Assembly (NCBI RefSeq): GCF_001458695.1
Contig: NZ_LN885086.1
Span: 2,640,001-2,672,000, forward strand
Reading direction: 5' to 3'
DNA: 32,000 bases
Origin: Candidatus Nitrospira inopinata
GTDB taxonomy: Bacteria > Nitrospirota > Nitrospiria > Nitrospirales > Nitrospiraceae
Below, piece by piece: positions 1 through 6,445 of this stretch. The translations under genes were made by a program, and so were the position numbers. Position 1 is the stretch's first letter; each line of letters opens with the position of its first letter. The notes beneath the pieces were generated by a model. It was given only the letters and a program-made list of their open reading frames with translations. It was not told the DNA's origin and made no database searches.

Positions 1-1488
1 TGAAGACAACAGAATCCGCGGCAGCAAGCTGTTCCTCAATCTTTGGCTGAGCCACGACGGTCTTGGTTTTCTGGAAATCCGTGGCCGGATCGAGAATCAC
101 CTGGGTCAGCCGGACCACTGAGTCCGGTCGATTGGCCTCATCCACAATCTCTTGGAAGCGGTCATGCGCCACGATGTTCAGCCGATCGACGGTGCTGACT
201 CCTGTACGCCGACCGTAGGGAAGTCGAAGACCTCTTCCGATTGACTGTTCAATCAAGGTGCGAGCGTTCGCCGCCCGCAGGGGGACGATCGTGTAAAGAT
301 TCCTCACGTCCCAGCCTTCCTTCAACATGTTCACGTGAATCACGATCTCGGTCGGTTCATCCGGGTTTTCCACAGTGAGGAGGCGCTGGACCATTTCATC
401 TTCTTCCGCGCCGGTCCTGCTGGAGTCCACCTGAATGACCTTGCCTGTGTATCGGCCTTCAAAGAACTGGGGCGACTGAATCAGTTGCATCAGTTGACCG
501 GCATGGGTCGTATCGCGGGCGATGATCAGCATGAACGGCTTCACCACTCGCTGCCCGGTCTGCCGGGCATAGGTTTCCAGCTCGACCTTGGTGCTCTCAT
601 GCAAACGGACGCCATCCTCCAGCTTGATCTGCTCAAGCTGAGCGGCATTACACTGGCTAGGGTCAAAGTTCTTTTGGGTGACGACGGCCGGTTCCTTGAC
701 GAACCCGTCCGCCATGGCTTTGGCCAAGGGATAGTCATAGATCACGTTCTTGAATGGCACAGGCCCTTTGCTCGATTCCACAAACGGCGTGGCGGTCAGT
801 TCGAGGCCAAGGACCGGCTTCAATTCATTGATGGCCCGGACACCGGCCGATGCCCGGTAGCGGTGGGACTCATCCATCAGCAGAACCAGATCGTCCAGGC
901 CTGCCAGATACTCAAAAAATAGCTCTGGTCGATATACTCGGAGAGCCGTTTAATTCGGGGGGCCTTGCCGCCTCGCACTTCCGAGTTGATCTTCGAGATG
1001 TTGAAGATATTGATATGGACCTCTTGGCCGAAGCCCGGTAAGGATGTGAGACGAGCGGCCACCCCGGATTCGTAGTTGTCTCCGGTGATGAGCGTCGGCG
1101 GCTCGGTCGCGAATTCGGCGATGCCCGTGAAGACGTACTTCGGCGTGTTCGGCGTAAAATCGGTAATGAGCTTGTTATAGATCGTCAGGTTCGGCGCCAG
1201 GATGAAGAAGTGCTTGATCCCGTGGGCGAGATGCAGGTAGCTGATGAAGGCGCCCATGAGGCGGGTTTTGCCGACACCGGTGGCCAAGGCGAAGCACAGC
1301 GACGGAAACTCGCGCTCGAAATTCGTCACCGTCGGGAACTCGCGGCGGATCGCCTCCAACGCCGAGGTCAGGTCGGCGCCCTTCTTGGGCGGCACGATCT
1401 CCGTCACGCGGTCGAGAATCTCCAGCGACTGGCGCTGCGGGGGTCGGAGGCTCAGCCGGCCGGCGATAGCGTTGACGTGGCGGTTCAT
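1..1488 (-). pseudogene. res: Type III restriction enzyme Res subunit (superfamily-2 helicase/endonuclease), split by a 1-nt frameshift; 3' end runs off the left edge
   Basis: ORF 877..1488 begins MNRHVNAIAGRLSLRPPQRQSLEIL and carries Walker A ALATGVGKT, then stops at 877. Hand translation of the neighbouring frame from about 915 down to base 1 is open. It gives YLAGLDDLVLLMDESHRYRA (DExH motif II), LELTATPF (motif III), IHVNMLKEGWDVRNLYTIV (motif V) and EQSIGRGLRLP (motif VI). The two frames meet at the A6 run 914..919. Confidence 0.8.
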
Positions 1489-1505
1489 GGGGTTACGCTA
1501 CTCCC

Positions 1506-1730
1506 CTAACCGGCCGACGCGAGCTTCTTGGGACGAGTCTCAAACTGAAAATCCATTAAATTGACCGGGTGGGGTCTCTTCGAAAGATAGAGCACCTCAA
1601 TGCCGACCACTTGATTGGACTTGTCATAGTCCACAATCACACCAGGCGCAACCTCTTCCGACTCCTCCACCGGGACATCCACCAACTGCAAATGCAGCGC
1701 ATCGGCTTCTTCGTCAACTCGAAGTCTCAT
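1506..1730 (-). CDS. DUF2283-family small protein (putative antitoxin partner of DUF4258)
   Basis: 74 aa. MRLRVDEEADALHLQL...SEEVAPGVIVDYDKSNQVVGIEVLYLSKR matches the remembered DUF2283 pattern (YDxEADALYIxL ... PGVIxDYDxxGxxVGIEIL). Its start overlaps the upstream stop as ATGA at 1727..1730. Confidence 0.75.
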   Translation of the reverse strand: MRLRVDEEADALHLQLVDVPVEESEEVAPGVIVDYDKSNQVVGIEVLYLSKRPHPVNLMDFQFETRPKKLASAG

Positions 1731-1993
1731 AACCGCCTCCTCATCTTTCGATCGAAATAAAACGTGATGATCCGTAGTGGAGTCGTGTCTTTCTTCACGA
1801 TCACGCGTAAGGCCCGCCCATCATACTCCTGAATACGTCCCAACCGGTGTTCCAATTCTGCATCTACCGAATCCCCCTCCACCAATTGAGGTTGCTTCAG
1901 TACCTCTTCGATCCACTCCATGCGAATAACCGGACGCTTGCGCCGACTCTCTCTGGCGTGCTCCGACAACTCATAGAGCTTTTCTTCTGCCAT
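1727..1993 (-). CDS. DUF4258-like small protein (putative toxin)
   Basis: I take the internal ATG at 1993 (MAEEKLYELSEHARESRRKRPVIRMEWIEEVL...ALRVIVKKDTTPLRIITFYFDRK, 88 aa). The tracked 145-aa ORF extends into mod coding sequence. The mod stop and this ATG overlap as TGATG (1991..1995). The pattern (SxHA..R...R.I....I..VL ... hydrophobic beta strands ending ITxY) resembles DUF4258, and the gene is paired with DUF2283. Confidence 0.6.
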   Translation of the reverse strand: MAEEKLYELSEHARESRRKRPVIRMEWIEEVLKQPQLVEGDSVDAELEHRLGRIQEYDGRALRVIVKKDTTPLRIITFYFDRKMRRRL

Positions 1994-3606
1994 CAGGAGA
2001 ATTCCAATCCCTGCTGTCCCGGCGGAACCGGGGCTTTCGGCAAATTCTCCACGCGCAGGCTGTAGTCGTCCTTGCCCCATTCGCAGCGGGCCATGACGGC
2101 CTTGGGAATCTTCTTGATCGTCAGGTTGGGATAGCGATCCGGCTTGCCGCGAAAGGCCGCGCACATCACCAAGAGCGAGCGGCCCTCGCCGACCTCATCG
2201 CTCAAGGCTTGCAACTGCTCGTGGCTCAAGTTCTGCGTGGTGATGTAGATGAAGTCCCGTTCGGTGGAATGGCCGTGCTGCCAATAGGCGGTATCGCTCG
2301 GCGCGTAGGTAAAGCCTTCGAGCTTGCAGACCGCCTCGGCCAGCATGGTGGAGTTGTAGGCCTTGTTGATGACCCAGTTCCCCCACTTGTCTTTCTCCAA
2401 CAGCGACGGGGCCAACCGGTAGTAGCGGAACCCGCCCCCGCCTTTCCAGCCGACCGCTTCGGTGATCCCGCCCTTGTCCTCGCCATCGATGACCTTCTTG
2501 AGCCGCGGGATGATGTGCGTGTGGCAATGCTCACCTAATTCGACCATGATCCACCGCCGTCTCATTTTATGGGCGACAGCCCCGGTGGTGCCAGAACCGG
2601 CGAAGGAGTCGAGCACCCAGTCGCCCTTGGATGTGCTCCATCTGATAATTCTTTCCAAAAGCTCTTCATGCTTCTCGTGTGAAAAATCGGTTACTTTCCC
2701 CGAGGTACGGAGATCCATCCAAACGTCTGAAAGAATCTTATAGTTACGAGGTGAGACATAGTACTGGACTGTATTGTCTGGACCCAGTCGAACAAAATCT
2801 AGCTCAATTCCCATCTCTTGCTTCTTTAGTCCATAATATTCATCCAACGATAACCTATCTGCGTATTCATGCTGATATATTTCATAGTTCCTCTTGGCCT
2901 TATAGCCGCGCTCCTCACTCCATCGCCATTGACCAGATTCAGGCTTAATGCCAAATATTTCGTAACGCATAGTTGGTCTATCTGTGCCGCGCCAAAACGT
3001 GTCCCACTTACCAGGCTCGCCTTCCTCGTCTAAAGCCTGCAGCTTCTGGAGCCGTGTCTCAGGCGATTTTGAGTACAAATAAACGGTATCGTGCCCAGTT
3101 GAGAGAGCATCAATGGTCTCAAACTGTGATTGCACGTTCTTGGTTCCCCTGCGTACAACTATTTCGTTTTTGAAGCACGATGAGCCGAAGATCTCATCCA
3201 TAAGAACCTTTAGCCTGGCACCTTCGCGATAGTCTATTTGAACGAAGATGAGGCCATCAGTGGCCAAGAGTTGCCAAAGACATTCCAGACGATCTCGCAT
3301 CATGGCTAGCTAAATGGAGTGCTCTAATCCGTCGTCATAGTGCTCAAACGCACTTCCCGTATTGTACGGCGGATCGATATAGATGCACTTGATCTTCCCC
3401 GTGAATTCCTGCTCCAGCGCCTTAAGGGCCAGCAGGTTGTCGCCGAAGATCAGCCGGTTATCGAACAGGTCATGATCGGTGACGCGGTGCGGAGCATGGT
3501 ACGACTTCGCCGGGTCCTCCAGCAGAATCCGCGGCTCCAGCTTGGGCCGGTTCTCCTTGCCGATCCACGTGAGTTCGAGCTTGGGCTTTGCGTTGCGATC
3601 ACTCAC
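1993..3606 (-). pseudogene. mod: Type III R-M Mod subunit (beta-class N6-adenine/N4-cytosine DNA methyltransferase) interrupted by an in-frame TAG
   Basis: ORFs 3310..3606 and 1993..3303 are in the same frame, separated only by TAG (3310..3312) plus two sense codons: ...IYIDPPYNTGSAFEHYDDGLEHSI-TAG-LAMMRDRLECLWQLL... Motif IV DPPY lies upstream of the AdoMet motif I VLDSFAGSGTTG, with a long variable region between them, which is the Type III Mod layout. GTG start at 3606. Confidence 0.85.
3545..3585. repeat. Direct repeat copy 1 (inside the working mod 5' end, codons KLELTWIGKENRP)
   Basis: ggccggttctccttgccgatccacgtgagttcgagcttggg matches 4319..4359 at 38 of 41 positions by hand alignment. 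Confidence 0.85.
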
Positions 3607-3905
3607 GAAAGGGACCTTCTGGTTCTCGCGATCCAGTAACCTGGCTTGCGCTTGAGATGCATGACCGCCGCGACATAGATCGTGTTTTCATGGATGGCAT
3701 AAATCAGGCCGTAGGGAAACCGTGGGATCAGATACCTACGAAACCGTCCTTTGATCCTGCGCCACATGAGAGGATGCCGGACAATCTCCTCGGTTGCCAC
3801 CTCGACGCTGGCTAGAAATGCTTTCCCCAAGCCAGGCTGACTGTCTTCGTAGAAGGCGGCGTTTCGCGCTTCCACCAGCGCTTCAGGGTCAACGAGGAGT
3901 TTCAC
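3603..3905 (-). CDS. ParE/RelE-family type II toxin
   Basis: 100 aa. EARNAAFYEDSQPGLGKAF...IVRHPLMWRRIKGRFRRYLIPRFPYGLIYAIHENTIYVAAVMHLKRKPGYW is the typical ParE/RelE plasmid-stabilisation toxin pattern. GTG start overlaps the antitoxin stop (GTGA, 3902..3905). Its stop overlaps the mod GTG start (GTGA, 3603..3606). Confidence 0.8.
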   Translation of the reverse strand: MKLLVDPEALVEARNAAFYEDSQPGLGKAFLASVEVATEEIVRHPLMWRRIKGRFRRYLIPRFPYGLIYAIHENTIYVAAVMHLKRKPGYWIARTRRSLS

Positions 3906-4135
3906 CAGCCCAGATCCTTACGAATCTGTTTGAACGCTCGCGCAACCTGGACCCCCGTTCGTGCCCCACGTCGCCAAGCGGAAAACCGACGCTCAGCCTC
4001 CTTGACCCAAGCCTCCTCTATCTGGGTCAATGGCTCGCGTGTCACACTCTGCATCAAACGTTCGGCCAGAACTTCTCGATCTTTTACCGGCAAGCGAGCC
4101 GCTTCACGTTCGATTTTCAGCAATGCTTTACTCAT
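3902..4135 (-). CDS. Addiction-module antitoxin component (TIGR02574-like)
   Basis: 77 aa. LPVKDREVLAERLMQSV...IEEAWVKEAERRFSAWRRGARTGVQVARAFKQIR fits the remembered pattern LSxxERxxLAxxLxxSL...xxAWxxEAxRRxxxxxxG. A GGGAGG Shine-Dalgarno lies about 5 nt upstream of the ATG. The gene is immediately upstream of the ParE-like toxin. Confidence 0.7.
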   Translation of the reverse strand: MSKALLKIEREAARLPVKDREVLAERLMQSVTREPLTQIEEAWVKEAERRFSAWRRGARTGVQVARAFKQIRKDLGW

Positions 4136-4223
4136 ATTCCCTCCCTTCGGTTCTCAGCTTACTCCGCCACGCTGTCATGCACGTCGCGATTGAACCCACA
4201 ACGCTACCTGGTGCGACTTCTCC

Positions 4224-4320
4224 GGACCTGCCTGCCGAAGGCGCGGCGCAGGCAGGCCCAGCTTCGGCCTGCCTGTGCGTGTCTGCCCTGCTCCGACAGA
4301 CAGGTCCGCACGCAGACAGG
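4224..4320. repeat. GC-rich nested inverted/direct repeat block (REP-like structured element)
   Basis: CCTGCCTGC (4227..4235) pairs with GCAGGCAGG (4248..4256). GGCAGGCC (4251..4258) pairs with GGCCTGCC (4266..4273). GGACCTG (4224..4230) pairs with CAGGTCC (4301..4307). CAGACAGG occurs twice (4297..4304 and 4313..4320). Confidence 0.5.
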
Positions 4321-4359
4321 CCGATTCTCCTTGCCGATCCAGGTGAGTTCGAGCTGGGG
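4319..4359. repeat. Direct repeat copy 2 (orphan mod 5' end)
   Basis: ggccgattctccttgccgatccaggtgagttcgagctgggg is 38/41 identical to 3545..3585 in the same orientation. Confidence 0.85.
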
Positions 4360-4497
4360 TTTTGGAGCCATTGTCTTGTCTGATCTTGTTATTCGGCTTT
4401 GAGAGCTTTGCCAATTTCAGCAAGCAAAGTTCGAGACCTTCAGTTGGACAAGGCGCATTTTGACTTCTCCGTGCGGACCCTGTAGTGGCCCCCATCG

Positions 4498-5787
4498 CTA
4501 CTGCTCGATAGAATTTTCTCTATCCAGTCCTGGCCCCTCCAGCGCCTTCATCTCCAGCCCTTCAATCTCCTTGAGCGACTTTCCCGCGATGCCTTGCAGG
4601 TCCCCGTACATGCCGACGGTAGCCTGCATGACCCGCTCGATTTGCTCTTCTCGCTTGGCCCACTGTTTGACGATCACTTTCTTTTCTTTATCCAGGTCCT
4701 CCTGCATCGATGAGAAGGCCTCGACGATGGCCTGCACCCGTTGGCGGAAGCGTGGGCCGGTGAGGTACTGGTACACCATCTCCATCTTGGTTTGCTGCCC
4801 CTCGGAGGCTTGGCGAGCGGTGGCCACTTCGATGAGCATGTGCCGGAGCGCCGAAGCCACGGGAAGGATCGCCTTGGGATGGACGACCCATACTCCCTCA
4901 ATCTGGTCGAAGGTCTCCACCGCCTTGGGTAAGGCCTGACTCACGATCACCGCCACCTCTGCCTTGGCCGTGCGCTGATCATCGCGCAGCTTCGCCAGCC
5001 ACCCGTCGCTCCAGTTCTTGGTTCGTTTGGATTCCCACAAGATCTTCCCGCAGGGCTGCCCCAGCGGACCGATGACGGTCTCGATCACGTCGCCGCCGTG
5101 CTCGCCCTTCGGGACCGGTTGAACGGTGTCTCGCGTGAACTTCGCGCTCAAGAGTGCCTCGAGTTCCAGCTCCTGGACTTCTCCTTGAAGCTGCTGCGAG
5201 CCCTGCTCTGCCTTGCGCTTCAGTTCCTCGATCTGCTTCTGCATGCAGACGATGGTTTGTTCTTTCTCCAACACCTTGAGTTTGAGGGTTTCCTCCGCCT
5301 CTTTCTTTGCCTGCTCGCGCGTGGCGGCCAGGCTCTCCTGCACACGCGTCTCGACCGTTAGGTCCAGCTCGCGCTTGGCGTCCTCCAGCTCTCGCTGTTT
5401 CTTGAGCAGCTCGGCTTGGGCCTTCTGCGCCTCGGCGAGCTTGGCATCACGCTGCTTGATGACGTCCTGAAGATCGGCAAGTTCTCTGGCCTTTTGGTCC
5501 AGATCGGTCTGCAAGGCGAGTTTGGCCCTCTTCGCTTCCTCGGCGGCGATCCTGCCTCGCTCCTGCCGAAGCTTCTCGGCGACTTGGTCGTCGATCGCCT
5601 GCCGCGCCTTGGCGATGGCCTCTTCCCGCTCGCGCAACGATGCCTCTCGCTTGGCCACGTCCGCATCTTTCTGAGCCAGACGCCGCTCATATTCACGGCG
5701 CGTGGATTCAATCAGCGGCGCCGCGAGGGACTCGGTGAGTTTGATCTCGGCTTTACAGTTTGGACAGATGATGATCGGTTCGCTCAT
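4498..5787 (-). CDS. DUF2130-family protein: N-terminal CPNC motif, long coiled-coil, C-terminal PD-(D/E)xK-like region
   Basis: MSEPIIICPNCKAEIKL start, then about 180 residues rich in E/K/R/A/Q, then KGEHGGDVIETV...GKILWESKRTKNWSDGWLAKLRDDQRTAKAEVAVIVSQALP, the conserved DUF2130 core as I remember it. I prefer the ATG at 5787 because it overlaps the upstream stop as ATGA. The tracked ORF starts at a TTG at 5799. Confidence 0.8.
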   Translation of the reverse strand: MSEPIIICPNCKAEIKLTESLAAPLIESTRREYERRLAQKDADVAKREASLREREEAIAKARQAIDDQVAEKLRQERGRIAAEEAKRAKLALQTDLDQKARELADLQDVIKQRDAKLAEAQKAQAELLKKQRELEDAKRELDLTVETRVQESLAATREQAKKEAEETLKLKVLEKEQTIVCMQKQIEELKRKAEQGSQQLQGEVQELELEALLSAKFTRDTVQPVPKGEHGGDVIETVIGPLGQPCGKILWESKRTKNWSDGWLAKLRDDQRTAKAEVAVIVSQALPKAVETFDQIEGVWVVHPKAILPVASALRHMLIEVATARQASEGQQTKMEMVYQYLTGPRFRQRVQAIVEAFSSMQEDLDKEKKVIVKQWAKREEQIERVMQATVGMYGDLQGIAGKSLKEIEGLEMKALEGPGLDRENSIEQ

Positions 5788-6167
5788 TGCACATGCCAAC
5801 GAATCGTAAACAGCTCCTGAGAGGATACCTGTTGTTGCAGCTTCCCCTCAATCTCCGCGATGAGCTGTTCCCGCCGGCGGTCGATCTCGTCTTGGGCGTC
5901 GAAGAGAGCGCGGCGACGCTTCCGCTCCGCCCATTTCTGTGAGAGCACAAGCCCGGCTTCGATGGTTTTGCCGAGTCCGACTTCGTCCGCGAGAAGCGCC
6001 CCCTTCGAGAGGGGCGACCGAAATGCGAACAGTGCGGCCTCGATCTGATGAGGATTCAGATCAACCTGGGCATCCACCAACGCGCCGGCTAATTTTTCGA
6101 TACTGTCCGACGGACAACGCTTGATCAGTTCATGGGCGAAGTACTTGGCGTGGTAGTCGGTGAGCAT
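5784..6167 (-). pseudogene. SNF2-family helicase remnant (N-terminal ~85 aa fused in frame to C-terminal ~40 aa)
   Basis: From ATG 6167: MLTDYHAKYFAHELIKRCPSDSIEKLAGALVDAQVDLNPHQIEAALFAFRSPLSKGALLADEVGLGKTIEAGLVLSQKWAERKRR is the usual N-terminus and Walker A of roughly 1000-aa bacterial SNF2 helicases. It runs directly into RALFDAQDEIDRRREQLIAEIEGKLQQQVSSQELFTIRWHVQ, which resembles their extreme C-terminus. Helicase motifs Ia to VI are absent. Confidence 0.7.
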
Positions 6168-6199
6168 ACAAGCTGTCGTCACACTGCCACGACTGGATC

Positions 6200-6409
6200 C
6201 TATGACGAGGCAACCGTCTCCGGCGGCTCGTCGCACTTTTTGCAGTTCAAGACCATGCCAAGATGTCGCGCGCGGCCTTCGGCGGTCGTCACCCAGGGGC
6301 GGCTGAAAAAGGGCGGATGGTGTCGCACATGTTGCCCGTGGCCGCAGGCCAAATCGGCGACCCAATGGCCTTCTTCGTCTTGATGATAGCCGACGATGGG
6401 CTGGTTCAT
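6200..6409 (-). CDS. DUF3565-family small protein
   Basis: 69 aa. GYHQDEEGHWVADLACGHGQHVRHHPPFFSRPWV plus C-terminal CKKC matches the remembered DUF3565 signature. Confidence 0.7.
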   Translation of the reverse strand: MNQPIVGYHQDEEGHWVADLACGHGQHVRHHPPFFSRPWVTTAEGRARHLGMVLNCKKCDEPPETVASS

Positions 6410-6445
6410 GCTGTTCCGCTCACGTGTTTGACGAGAGCCGAAGAA

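Larger units (their letters stand above)
4204..4371 (-). pseudogene. Orphan 5' fragment of a mod gene (first 18 codons only), then unrelated GC-rich sequence
   Basis: ATG at 4371 gives MAPKPQLELTWIGKENRP, paralleling MSDRNAKPKLELTWIGKENRP at the start of the full mod. After codon 18 the frame runs through palindromic GC-rich DNA (VCVRTCLSEQGRHAQAGRSW...) to TAG at 4204. Confidence 0.6.

Noticed and set aside
1994-2164. Upstream extension of the DUF4258 ORF to 145 aa.
   Set aside because: It overlaps the 3' end of mod in another frame. The internal ATG at 1993 abuts the mod stop (TGATG) and gives a size typical of the family.
4136-4330. Integron attC / gene-cassette interpretation of the palindromic block next to the TA pair.
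   Set aside because: I could not find the paired RYYYAAC/GTTRRRY core sites at the ends of the imperfect palindrome. No intI gene is present in the window.
4175-4495. 106-aa minus-strand ORF spanning the DUF2130/antitoxin intergenic region.
   Set aside because: It is out of frame with the recognisable orphan mod start (MAPKPQLELTWIGKENRP). It runs through the palindromic GC-rich block and has no SD or recognisable motifs. It is most likely a chance ORF.
6168-6365. Upstream 66-codon extension of the SNF2-remnant ORF (start at 6365).
   Set aside because: The extension overlaps the well-supported DUF3565 gene (6200..6409) in another frame and is Arg/Pro/Gly-rich. The canonical SNF2 N-terminus begins at the internal ATG 6167 (MLTDYHAKYF).
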